Positions 45,951 through 55,999 of a stretch of DNA of 64,000 nt are shown piece after piece; the first letter of the stretch is position 1; each line of letters opens with the position of its first letter. The position numbers and the translations under genes were made by a program. Where the stretch lies: the sequence record NC_025447.1; one strand, 5' to 3'. Below the pieces are notes generated by a model. It worked only from the letters and a program-made list of their open reading frames with translations. It was not told the origin of the DNA and made no database searches.

Positions 45951-48647
45951 ATGTCAAAGAAAATATATGGTGGCTTGGATGTCACACATAATGTGACAGT
46001 TAATGGTAAAAGAACAATACAAGGTATCAATGATCAAGTATTTGATGCTAATGGCAATATGGAGCTAGATACTTATTCAAGAGATGAAGTACTAGATATC
46101 GTCAGTATGATGCCAATTTCCCATTATGGGTCACAAAACTATCTTCCTGCTGGTGTATCTGGTGATTTCAATGGTGCATCTGAAAACCAGTCCCAACGTA
46201 GAAATAAAATTTTATTAGAAAACGATGGTACACTCGTATTATTACGTAGTGGTACAAACGGTAGTGTTGAGGGATTATATTATTCATATTTGGCTAACGC
46301 ATTATCAGTTGATGACATGAGCCGTACAATTAACACCAGTCGTCAATACAAGCCTGGTTTTTTCGGTTCAAATCGCGTCGCAATTGGCTTATACAATACT
46401 GATCCAAATATTTTACTCGGTAGATATGTAGACACTTCTAACAGTACTAATGGATTGTTTATTTCTATTACTAATGGTACATTAGATGATAAATTACATA
46501 CTGGTTTTTTTGTAAATCAAGCAGATATTTGCCCTGAAGGTGGTATAGAATTTGCAATGATGGCTGAAGATGGTTCAATCTATGTCTTTAGTGTTCTTAA
46601 TGAAAATAACCAACTACAGTTAGTTGTTGTCCGAGTTGTATATAATATTAGCAATGGAACATATACGGCAACTCGTATTACAGGATGGACTACAAAAACA
46701 TTCTATAATACAACTTATTCTGCACAGAATAACATGGTTATTACTAATCAAGTAACTTCAACTAATATAGCAGATAAGCCTTATGTGTATGTACCACAAA
46801 ACCTACGTGGTATTGGGATTTATATGACATCCATTGATTTGTATGTTGCACAGCAACCAGGAACACAGAACTTTCGTTTTAGAATGAATGGTGATGCATG
46901 GTTTACAATGGCGACATATAATGCCCGACCACAACATAGCTACAGCTTTGCATTTAATATGAGTACTAAACAATGCACCCTAGACGCTGGGAATGACATA
47001 GGTTCATATCAAGCACCATTGGTTATAACCAATACTGGTTCTGCATTAGTGCCTACAGGTAACGTTTTAAATAATGATCCATTATATAATCATGCTAATG
47101 CAAGAAACATTTATAGTTCTTATTTTTACTTAAGTTCAGGTGAAGCTTTTTGTACTGTGTGTCCAAACTTAGCAGAACCATTACTTATGCAAAAAGCAAA
47201 GTTTCCTATACAAATTGTTTATAGTATGATTAACGTTCGTGCAGTACAATCAACTGATTTTAAAGGTGGAGTTGTTAGACCATCCTTTGGTTCAGCAGTT
47301 GGTTCATTTATTAATGGTGTGGAGTTGTTACCAGATAATAGTACTAAACAATATTCACGTGCGTCTGGTAGTGGTGGGTTTAGACCATCATATGCAGTTC
47401 ATAAAAGTACTCCTAATTTTACATTTAAATCATTATCTTTAGGAACCATACAAGGTTATGAACCTACAACTGAACGTGGTTATGTAGATGATAATGCCAA
47501 TAATAGAATTTTCATTAGTAGTATTTCAGGTTCAACTGTAACAACTAATGGCGGTATTTTTATGGTTGGTCAACGTTATTCACAATCATTTTCATATGAT
47601 AAAAACTTAAATGGTACTGGTGTTATTAGTGTTACACAATCAGTTCTAGATAACTTTAGAAATACAGAATATGCTAAAGTTCTAAGTGACTGGAACTTAT
47701 CTTCACAAGCTTATCGTGATATGACATTATTTGTTCCACAACAAACTGACATTCCGGCTTTTGTTATGTTGAGTACTATAACAAATGACTATAAAAACTA
47801 TATTAGAATTGCTGAAGTTAACGTTAATACTAGAGTTGGAAATATAACATCTATTACCTTTAAGCGTTTAGTACTAGAAAATACATATGGTGAAAACTTT
47901 ACACCTAATGGTAATGGTTCGATTGCATCTTCTTCTGTTGGGTTAACAATTTATGATGGTGGTTCATTCTACTTCATTGGTGGTTCTGACCCATTAACAC
48001 ATCCAACAATAGGAAATACAGCAACTCATCAATTTAGAGCATATGTAACTAAATCAACTGCACAATTTACAAGTTTTGTTATTACTGGTTCTCATGCCAG
48101 TTATGAACAAGGAAGACAACCCACTGCGTTGCCTGGTATTGGATTTGGTATTTTTGATCCACTGGATTATACAAATAAAATGTCATTTCAAAAATATGGA
48201 ACAACGATAGCCGACTATAATAACTGGACTCCACAAGGTAGCCCAATTAACGTAGTATCACAAGACGTTGCTCAAGGGTTTATTGTTTATTTTACAGAGG
48301 AAACACCAGTTATACTATCAGGTAAGTCTTTTACACTACCAGTTTCAAATATTGATTTGAGAACTATAAAATCTAATCCAGCAAATACAACATTTTATGT
48401 ATATGTTAAATTAGAACAAGGGTTGGCAAACTACTACATAACTACTGATGTTATTTCCGAAACAGGAACAACTGCATATAATATTTTTTGGATAGGTACT
48501 ATTCAAACTAACGCAATTCAAATCGAAACTATTAATATACAAAAACGTTCACGTTTAGATATATTTGGTGCTTCACTTGAATCAGCAGGTTCATCGTTCC
48601 CAGTTAGCTACGGTCTACCATCACAAACAGGAACCATAAACTGGTAA
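45951..48647 (+). CDS. large virion/tail-associated protein (paralog 1)
   Basis: 898 aa, G/S/T/N-rich, late promoter, colinear with 49263-51992. Confidence 0.65.
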   Translation: MSKKIYGGLDVTHNVTVNGKRTIQGINDQVFDANGNMELDTYSRDEVLDIVSMMPISHYGSQNYLPAGVSGDFNGASENQSQRRNKILLENDGTLVLLRSGTNGSVEGLYYSYLANALSVDDMSRTINTSRQYKPGFFGSNRVAIGLYNTDPNILLGRYVDTSNSTNGLFISITNGTLDDKLHTGFFVNQADICPEGGIEFAMMAEDGSIYVFSVLNENNQLQLVVVRVVYNISNGTYTATRITGWTTKTFYNTTYSAQNNMVITNQVTSTNIADKPYVYVPQNLRGIGIYMTSIDLYVAQQPGTQNFRFRMNGDAWFTMATYNARPQHSYSFAFNMSTKQCTLDAGNDIGSYQAPLVITNTGSALVPTGNVLNNDPLYNHANARNIYSSYFYLSSGEAFCTVCPNLAEPLLMQKAKFPIQIVYSMINVRAVQSTDFKGGVVRPSFGSAVGSFINGVELLPDNSTKQYSRASGSGGFRPSYAVHKSTPNFTFKSLSLGTIQGYEPTTERGYVDDNANNRIFISSISGSTVTTNGGIFMVGQRYSQSFSYDKNLNGTGVISVTQSVLDNFRNTEYAKVLSDWNLSSQAYRDMTLFVPQQTDIPAFVMLSTITNDYKNYIRIAEVNVNTRVGNITSITFKRLVLENTYGENFTPNGNGSIASSSVGLTIYDGGSFYFIGGSDPLTHPTIGNTATHQFRAYVTKSTAQFTSFVITGSHASYEQGRQPTALPGIGFGIFDPLDYTNKMSFQKYGTTIADYNNWTPQGSPINVVSQDVAQGFIVYFTEETPVILSGKSFTLPVSNIDLRTIKSNPANTTFYVYVKLEQGLANYYITTDVISETGTTAYNIFWIGTIQTNAIQIETINIQKRSRLDIFGASLESAGSSFPVSYGLPSQTGTINW

Positions 48648-48658
48648 AGGATTACATA

Positions 48659-49246
48659 ATGGCATTTAAAATAAGAGCAGACCTTAAGGCAATGCAACAA
48701 GTTACAGTACAGGGTAAAAGTACTGGACTTGGTGTATTAGGTAATAATATGACTTATTACCCAACAAATTCAAATGGGGAATGTACATTCCCCTCTATTA
48801 CCAAAGATGAAGTTAACTTTATTGTCAATGGATTACCACTTACACAATACGGAGAATTGTATGATGACGCTAGTCTAAATATTACTTCATCAGGCTATAG
48901 TCTTACATTTAATAGACAGATACCATCATTTATTGGTGGTTATCTTTATAAATTTCCAGCAGTTTCTATTTTTGCTTCAACTGTTTCATCTGGAACACAA
49001 ACACAATATGTATATGCAACGTTAGTTCTCGGTGAACCAATTTATAAAATATCACCAACACAAATACAAGAATCTGAAATTATAATGTTTATTGGAACAC
49101 TGACCGTTGGTACAAGTGGTATTACAAATATAAACATTAATAAAGTATCCAGATTTAGTACATATAGACCTAGTGTTACACAAAAAGGTTCTTCATTCCC
49201 AGTCAGTACTGGAAAACCATCAGAAACTGGTACAATTGGTTGGTAA
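48659..49246 (+). CDS. short virion/tail-associated protein (paralog 2)
   Basis: 195 aa sharing N- and C-terminal modules with its neighbours. Confidence 0.65.
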   Translation: MAFKIRADLKAMQQVTVQGKSTGLGVLGNNMTYYPTNSNGECTFPSITKDEVNFIVNGLPLTQYGELYDDASLNITSSGYSLTFNRQIPSFIGGYLYKFPAVSIFASTVSSGTQTQYVYATLVLGEPIYKISPTQIQESEIIMFIGTLTVGTSGITNININKVSRFSTYRPSVTQKGSSFPVSTGKPSETGTIGW

Positions 49247-49262
49247 ATTAAGGAAAAGAAAG

Positions 49263-51992
49263 ATGTCATCAAAACGAATTATAGGAAGTGCCGAGATCCT
49301 TGGGAACTTGGCAATTGGACAAAGGTACGCTATGCGTACTTTTAATGGAACCTCACCGAATGCCAATACTGGAATTGTTCAATATCCAATATATAAGCGT
49401 TCAGAAGTTCAAAGTATTTTAGATATGTTGCCTATATCACGTGTAGGAGAAATGGATTACTTGCCATTAAACGTAAGTGGGTCGTATGAAGGTGCTACAC
49501 CTATGTCAAGTGACCAAGTAGTTCAGCCAACAATTATTGAAGATGATGGAACCGCCGTTGTTCTGCGTAGCGGAACCAATGGTAGTACTAAAGGTTTTTA
49601 TTATTCATTTATACGAGAAATCAGAAATATAACCATGATTTCACAAGAAAGTGTTATTTCAACCAATTCAATGTATAAACCTTCAATTATGAGTAGTACA
49701 GAGAATATTAAGTATTTTATTGGCTCTAATGGTTATGAAATGCTTGGATGTTTAAGTACAGAAGATAATTATATTTTTACTATAACTAATGGTACATTCA
49801 ACGAAGTATCACATATTCATGCTAAAGTACCAAGTACTTCTTTTGGTAATGATATGCCTATATATACTCATATTGTTGGAACAAAAGTATATATTTGGTG
49901 TAAAGATAAAAGTGTTTCTAATTTAGGATTAGCACTTTCAATTTATACAGTAGAGCTAAGTGATGTGAAAGCAAGCTCAATGGCATCATTAACAAAAGTT
50001 ACTGGATTATCAGGGCAAACTGTTCGAAATACAAGTTATTCTGCATCTAATAACATAAGAGTGTTTGATAGATTATATAGTGTTGGTACTAGCTCGGATT
50101 CATTATTCGAAGTTACATCACCAGTCTCACGTGTAGAATTTTCGGATTATACAGACTTTAATATACAAGCAAACGTTAGTACTGATTTATCCAAAATACG
50201 TGTAACTTTATACCCAACCCATAGAATGGTTACACCTTTATATATTTCAACAGTGTATGGTACTGGTATCAGTTTTGTTTATAATATAAACTCAAAATCT
50301 ATGTCACTAGATGGTTCTGCTCGTGCTCCTGCTACAGTTTCATATGATAATGGATTTCAAGTTTCTAACCCATTTGAAATCAATATGGTCAACTTTACTG
50401 GGACAACTGCTGCTGGTGTATTAGGAAACGCAGGTGGTTTATGTCAAACCAAAGATGGTTTAGTATTTGCATCTAAATTTAGATGGAGTTCAACTGAATT
50501 TTATGGTCTACAACGATATAAGGTTAGTGGTACACCGTTTGATTCATGGGTTGCTAGTACTAGATCCGCAAGTAACGTTATAAATGCAAACGTTTTACCA
50601 GTTTTTGGTAGTGCTGTTGGTGCAAACCTATTAGGTGTACGTTTCATCGATAATAGAAAAATATTATTAGCATGTTCTGGTACGTATGATGATGTAACAT
50701 ATAATTATAATAATACTGTTTTTTCTGAAATAGGCTCACAACCAACATATCAATATAACTCAGTTCAAAATAATACTACATTAAATGGTTTTGCACCACA
50801 ATCTAATCGTAAACAAATAGGTGATGATTTTACATACACTGCTATGATTTCTCTTGTTGATACCGATGGTAGTGTTAGATGTTATGGAACATCATTCATT
50901 GAAGGTGTATATAAAACAAGTGGTGGATTATTAAACCCAGATACTTTAGAATTTGATGAAACATATACAATAGAACCAACGGTATTAGAATCATTAAAAC
51001 AAGATATTTTTGCTAATCTAGGAAACTCTGGCATTGTTGGTACACTATCTGGACAAATTGTATTATATTATGTACCTGATAATACTTTTTCTAAATCCAT
51101 TGCAGTAGTTTCAGCATATAATCTTAACAATAACCAAGGTTATGCAATCTATGCCGAAGTTGATGTTGTATTATCTGGAACTAACATAACTTCAGCTACA
51201 TTGGTAAGTACTAGATATGAGACACTTAGTTCTGTTACCGGAATTATTACTGAAGCATATATGAAACGTTGTACTGGTCTAACAGTTGCTAAATATTCAG
51301 GATTTGGTTACATTGGTGTTGATGCAGTTCATCAATTTTCACAACCAGGTAATGCACAATTTAAGATGATGATAGCTAAAACAGTAGATGGTGTCATAAC
51401 ATCAAATCGTTTTTTATCATCTAGTTACATCCAACTCGGTGCAGCATATCAACATGGTGTTATTCCTGGTGTTGGTTTTGGATATTACAATTTTCAAGAT
51501 TCTGACTATCAAACCAAATCTGTATTCAGCGTTTTTGGTACAACATCTGCTGAAATGGATGGTTTAATTAGCGGAAATGGTAGCGTTAAAGAAAAGATTG
51601 TGGTAGTATCACAAGACGTTGCACAAGGATTCTCAGTGTACTTTACACGTGAAGTCCCGGTGTTTTTAGGTGGAATTTTCGACAGACTACCTATACAAAG
51701 TGTAGATTTAAGTACTGTAAAAAGTAATCCAGCTAATACTACGTTCTATTTGTATATACAAATGAACAGGAATACTAAGAAAGCTTCATATGTTATTAGT
51801 ACTGAAACAATTGATGAATCTTTAACTAGCACTTACATTGGTAAGATAGTTACTGGAACTTCAGGAATAACTTCAATTGATACAGAAAAAGTAACTCGTT
51901 TTTTGACATATCGTCCAAGTACAACGAAACGTGGTTCAGCGATACCTGCCAGTACTGGTGTACCATCAGGTCCAGGTACACGTTGGAAATAA
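49263..51992 (+). CDS. large virion/tail-associated protein (paralog 3)
   Basis: 909 aa from ATG 49263 after AAGGA; DDGTAVVLRSGTNGS, VVSQDVAQGF shared with paralog 1. Confidence 0.65.
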   Translation: MSSKRIIGSAEILGNLAIGQRYAMRTFNGTSPNANTGIVQYPIYKRSEVQSILDMLPISRVGEMDYLPLNVSGSYEGATPMSSDQVVQPTIIEDDGTAVVLRSGTNGSTKGFYYSFIREIRNITMISQESVISTNSMYKPSIMSSTENIKYFIGSNGYEMLGCLSTEDNYIFTITNGTFNEVSHIHAKVPSTSFGNDMPIYTHIVGTKVYIWCKDKSVSNLGLALSIYTVELSDVKASSMASLTKVTGLSGQTVRNTSYSASNNIRVFDRLYSVGTSSDSLFEVTSPVSRVEFSDYTDFNIQANVSTDLSKIRVTLYPTHRMVTPLYISTVYGTGISFVYNINSKSMSLDGSARAPATVSYDNGFQVSNPFEINMVNFTGTTAAGVLGNAGGLCQTKDGLVFASKFRWSSTEFYGLQRYKVSGTPFDSWVASTRSASNVINANVLPVFGSAVGANLLGVRFIDNRKILLACSGTYDDVTYNYNNTVFSEIGSQPTYQYNSVQNNTTLNGFAPQSNRKQIGDDFTYTAMISLVDTDGSVRCYGTSFIEGVYKTSGGLLNPDTLEFDETYTIEPTVLESLKQDIFANLGNSGIVGTLSGQIVLYYVPDNTFSKSIAVVSAYNLNNNQGYAIYAEVDVVLSGTNITSATLVSTRYETLSSVTGIITEAYMKRCTGLTVAKYSGFGYIGVDAVHQFSQPGNAQFKMMIAKTVDGVITSNRFLSSSYIQLGAAYQHGVIPGVGFGYYNFQDSDYQTKSVFSVFGTTSAEMDGLISGNGSVKEKIVVVSQDVAQGFSVYFTREVPVFLGGIFDRLPIQSVDLSTVKSNPANTTFYLYIQMNRNTKKASYVISTETIDESLTSTYIGKIVTGTSGITSIDTEKVTRFLTYRPSTTKRGSAIPASTGVPSGPGTRWK

Positions 51993-51996
51993 ATTT

Positions 51997-52026
51997 AAAG
52001 CTCGTCTATTGACGGGCTTTTCTTTT
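51997..52026 (+). terminator. intrinsic terminator
   Basis: AAAGCTCGTC-tatt-GACGGGCTTT-tctttt. Confidence 0.8.
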
Positions 52027-52037
52027 ATGTGTATAAT
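52009..52037 (+). promoter_or_regulatory. sigma70-like promoter
   Basis: TTGACG-N17-TATAAT, -35 inside the terminator arm. Confidence 0.7.
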
Positions 52038-52059
52038 TGAATAAAAATAGGAGGAAATT

Positions 52060-52626
52060 ATGGTCAAATCTTTATTACCGCCACCAAAACGTCACAAAAT
52101 CAAAGAAATGAAAGAACAACGTACATTAAAGATGTACATCAATTTAGTTAAGTTACTGTGTAAAAGTCCATCGCTCAAAGCAGAGTTTAAAACTGATGAT
52201 GACCGCAAAGCACTAATTGAGATGAAGTATATGCTCAGTAAAATGTCCTTTTACAAATTTGTAAAAGAATACGCATCTGACCCATTTAGTCCTCGTTGGA
52301 GAGCCAAACCAAGAGAGTATTTTTACGGTGGTTCATATACGGATCTCATTCAAGACACAGTGATGGGAGTTGAATTTGAAATCGATTATGAGCCGAATGG
52401 TGTGGAAAGCTGGCCGATTGAGAAACGTTTACCAAGTGAAGAAGAAATTTATGTTTATGCAAGAAAACTTTCAAATTTCAGTTCAAGAATTACTCTAGGC
52501 AATTTAGATTCATTTATTATTTTCTATACACGTGTTGGTGTAGATAAAATGGTAACTAAACTCAATGAACTTTCATTACAACAAAAACAGATTAATGCAT
52601 ACAAAGACATTACTGATTTATACTAA
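52060..52626 (+). CDS. hypothetical protein (triplet paralog 1)
   Basis: KSPSLK...DDRKALIEMKYMLSK. Confidence 0.75.
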   Translation: MVKSLLPPPKRHKIKEMKEQRTLKMYINLVKLLCKSPSLKAEFKTDDDRKALIEMKYMLSKMSFYKFVKEYASDPFSPRWRAKPREYFYGGSYTDLIQDTVMGVEFEIDYEPNGVESWPIEKRLPSEEEIYVYARKLSNFSSRITLGNLDSFIIFYTRVGVDKMVTKLNELSLQQKQINAYKDITDLY

Positions 52627-52632
52627 TGAGGA

Positions 52633-53154
52633 ATGGATATGTTTTTTGGATCAGTTGGAAAACAAAACAGTACTTTAATTTGGCATGAAATTATCTTTAA
52701 AATTATATCTAAAAGCTACTCACTAAAGGATATTATTACCACAGATAATGATAGACGTATCCTGTTAGATGCAAAATATAAATTGAGCAAACACCCTTTA
52801 CTTTCTTTAATCATTGATTACGTTAATGATTATGAATCTAGTCGTTGGAAGTGGGAAGACGGCGGTTTATTTCGTGGAAAAACATTCTACGGTGCGGAAC
52901 GATATGTTTTCAGTGATACATCAAATGGCGTTAAGTTTGTTATTAGAAACTTTAACTCCAAAGAAAATGATTATCTTGAAAGTGGAGTGAAAGTATATAT
53001 CGATAATAATAGCAATGTACTAACATATGACGAATCACTAATTATGTTACAAATAATGCGTGGAGTTGAAGGTGTAAGAAACAACCTTACTAAATTGAAA
53101 ATCCAGCAAAATGATATACATAATAGACAGAAAATTAAGGGTTTATATAAATGA
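52633..53154 (+). CDS. hypothetical protein (triplet paralog 2)
   Basis: KSYSLK...NDRRILLDAKYKLSK. Confidence 0.75.
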   Translation: MDMFFGSVGKQNSTLIWHEIIFKIISKSYSLKDIITTDNDRRILLDAKYKLSKHPLLSLIIDYVNDYESSRWKWEDGGLFRGKTFYGAERYVFSDTSNGVKFVIRNFNSKENDYLESGVKVYIDNNSNVLTYDESLIMLQIMRGVEGVRNNLTKLKIQQNDIHNRQKIKGLYK

Positions 53155-53660
53155 TTTCATTTTTCAAAAAGAAACAAAAAGTTGATGAAACCGGATTAGA
53201 ATCGTTTCTGTGGACTCTTATCATCAAAAAAAGCCCATTGATGAAAGAATATGCTATCAATGATGCTAATAGAAAAACTATCATTGAATACAAATATGAA
53301 TTATCTAAATGTGATCCAATTGTTTATCACTTTGCGAAGTACTGTTCAAAAAATTTATCGGATATCACAATCGACCACGAGTCAGTCCCGATGAGTTTTC
53401 CTTATGGTGATTGGGTAGATACTTTTGATATTTTTGATGGGTCAAATGGTTTCAGTTTCTTTTACTCGTCAAATAAAGCAAATGTTCGTATTAAAACAGA
53501 CATAGGTTGGACACAGCATAGCTCAAATAAAGAAGATTATAATTTATTAGCTGACGTATACCGAAGTGTGAAGAATTCAAAGGATATTGATGAAAGAATT
53601 AAAAAGCAAAATCGTATATCTTTATCACTTGAAACATACAAGTCAAAGTATGGTGGTTAA
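53151..53660 (+). CDS. hypothetical protein (triplet paralog 3)
   Basis: KSPLMK...ANRKTIIEYKYELSK. Confidence 0.75.
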   Translation: MISFFKKKQKVDETGLESFLWTLIIKKSPLMKEYAINDANRKTIIEYKYELSKCDPIVYHFAKYCSKNLSDITIDHESVPMSFPYGDWVDTFDIFDGSNGFSFFYSSNKANVRIKTDIGWTQHSSNKEDYNLLADVYRSVKNSKDIDERIKKQNRISLSLETYKSKYGG

Positions 53661-53662
53661 CT

Positions 53663-54064
53663 ATGACTACAGTTGATGATATCTATAGCACTATACGCAA
53701 TATGAGTACAGATAGAAAAGTATTTGGCGATAAAGAAAAATCTAAGTGTTATGGTATTGATTCTTTTGATATAATTTCTTATGAGTACAATACAAGTGGA
53801 AATAGTTCACTGAATATCGTCTGTCCTCGTGACCCAGAAAATAATTTTATGTATGTTGAAATTAATAATGATGGAATGTTTTTTACAAAAGTTTTCAAAG
53901 GTGGAATTAATTACGAACCTATTGAATGTATGAATGAAGAAACTTTCTTTCAAGAAGATACAATTATCAATTTAGGTTTTAGTTTTGATGATTATAAAAC
54001 ATTAGAACATGACTTTAATCGTTATTATAATGGTTTCTTAAAGGAGTTAACAATTTATCTATGA
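53663..54064 (+). CDS. hypothetical protein (EE..FQ family)
   Basis: NEETFFQEDTII. Confidence 0.7.
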   Translation: MTTVDDIYSTIRNMSTDRKVFGDKEKSKCYGIDSFDIISYEYNTSGNSSLNIVCPRDPENNFMYVEINNDGMFFTKVFKGGINYEPIECMNEETFFQEDTIINLGFSFDDYKTLEHDFNRYYNGFLKELTIYL

Positions 54065-55293
54065 ATAACCAATATATTGAACAAACAATAGTGAAACACT
54101 TGGCTGGGTCACAAGCCTACGGAACCAGTACACCTGAAAGTGATACTGATTATCGTGGTATTTTTCTTGCTAATAAAGAATTTATTCTTACACCCTTCTA
54201 TAAGGTCAAAGAGGTAGCTGATAAAAGCGAAGAAGATACTAAATTCTATGAGTTGAATCAGTATTTAAAATTATACACTGAAGCTAACCCTAATATTCTT
54301 GAATCACTTTGGGTTGAACCTGAACACATTGTTGAAAGTACTGAAATTTATGACTATCTTCGTTCATTTAACCAAAAACTTCTTAGTTCCAAGATTGCAT
54401 TTTCATATACTGGTTATGCATATAATCAGATTAAGCGTATGACAAATCATCACGGTTGGATGGATAAAGAGCGTATTGCTGAAAAACGATTAAATGAGAT
54501 TTTAGAAGAACACCCTGTCGATGAGGTTCTTGCGTGGATGTATGATTCATTCCCACAGTATCTTGTTGAACGTTTAGATACATCCAACTTACATCCATTT
54601 AATGCTAAAAAGATTGATTTTGAAAAATATATGCGTGATACATCATTGCAGTTAGTTTCGAAAAATCCATTAAAGCAATATCATTTCGTAAGATTAGTGC
54701 ATAACTACACTACTGAAAAAATTCTTGATCGTGATTTCAATTTATTGAATTTTAATAATGGTTATGAACTAATTCATTACGGAGAAAACATTTTTGCGAT
54801 TGTTAAGAATCCTAATGAAAGCACTATTAACCATGATGGTTCATTGCGTTATTTTTCAAAAGAACGTAGTACTGAAGAGTTGAAAAACAAACCAGAACTA
54901 ATTGTCAAATTTAACGAAAAAGAATATCAGGAAAATAGTGAGAATAGGAAAAGTTATCATAAATGGAAAGAAAATCGTAATGCCAAACGTGCTATTTTAG
55001 AATCACAACACGGATACGATTGTAAACATGCTATGCACACAATCCGACTTTTGAATAGTGCAGAAGAAGCATTACAAAGTGGAATTATTCAAGTTAAACG
55101 ACCAGATGCACAAATGTTGATGGATATTCGTAATGGTAAATGGAAGTATGAAGAAGTATTAGAATATTTCGATGATAAAGTACAATACATTCGTGATGTT
55201 CTATATAAGAAATCAGTACTTCCTAAAAAACCAAACATCAAGTTAGCATCAAAAATTATCATTGATATTAGAGAAATGCAATGGTATAAGTAA
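54061..55293 (+). CDS. RlaP-like (pol-beta superfamily) nucleotidyltransferase
   Basis: GSQAYGTSTPESDTDYRGIF, NPNILESL, YDCKHAMHTIRLL. Confidence 0.85.
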   Translation: MNNQYIEQTIVKHLAGSQAYGTSTPESDTDYRGIFLANKEFILTPFYKVKEVADKSEEDTKFYELNQYLKLYTEANPNILESLWVEPEHIVESTEIYDYLRSFNQKLLSSKIAFSYTGYAYNQIKRMTNHHGWMDKERIAEKRLNEILEEHPVDEVLAWMYDSFPQYLVERLDTSNLHPFNAKKIDFEKYMRDTSLQLVSKNPLKQYHFVRLVHNYTTEKILDRDFNLLNFNNGYELIHYGENIFAIVKNPNESTINHDGSLRYFSKERSTEELKNKPELIVKFNEKEYQENSENRKSYHKWKENRNAKRAILESQHGYDCKHAMHTIRLLNSAEEALQSGIIQVKRPDAQMLMDIRNGKWKYEEVLEYFDDKVQYIRDVLYKKSVLPKKPNIKLASKIIIDIREMQWYK

Positions 55294-55335
55294 CATATAC
55301 AAGTGTAATGGTACTAAAAATGCCATTACACTCAA

Positions 55336-55341
55336 TAAATA
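55336..55341 (+). promoter_or_regulatory. possible late promoter
   Basis: TAAATA after a 10 bp hairpin (55302-55332), 30 nt before ATG 55371. Confidence 0.45.
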
Positions 55342-55370
55342 CTCAATATAAATTAACACAAGGATTAAGT

Positions 55371-55998
55371 ATGGCACAACAAATTTTCACAGATATCCAC
55401 ACTACCGGAGTTATTAAATTTCAAAATAATTTTTCTGGTGCTACTGGTGTAGACATTAAAAATGATGGTTTTAACATTGTCAGTACTCGGATCTATTGAT
55501 GGTGAAGATAGTTCTCTTAGTGATTCTGTGATTGCATCATTCGGAACTAATAAAAACAGTTCTTTTATTATATCTGGATGGACTGGAATGACTGATTCTG
55601 AAAATAATGTTAAGATAAAAGCTAAAGCTACTAACGAGAATCATGAAACAGAATGGGTAACATTATATGATAGTGCAAGTAATAAGTTATATAATGTATT
55701 AAGTTCTAATAATATTTTAATTAATCCACTGTCGGGCAATTCTGTTTTTAATATTAATTTATCTGATAGAAATACTACTATTTCGATTGGTGCGGCTCCT
55801 ACTGAAGTTTATTCAATTACCATCCTATTAACACAACAAACAGGTTCAAACCTAGTTAATTGGGGTTCTAATGTTAAATGGTCATATAACAGACCAGTTG
55901 TTCTTTCTTATGAAATTGGTGAAAAAGATATTATTTCATTAGAAACATATGATAAAGGAGTTACATGGTACGGTGCATTAATTAGAGCAGGAGTATGA
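55371..55998 (+). CDS. tail-fibre-like protein split by a +1 frameshift near 55453-55497
   Basis: N-terminal MAQQIFTDIHTTG resembles the tail paralog N-termini; C-terminal W..NVKWS..P.LS..DII.L.T.D.G.TWYG module. Confidence 0.55.
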
Positions 55999-55999
55999 T

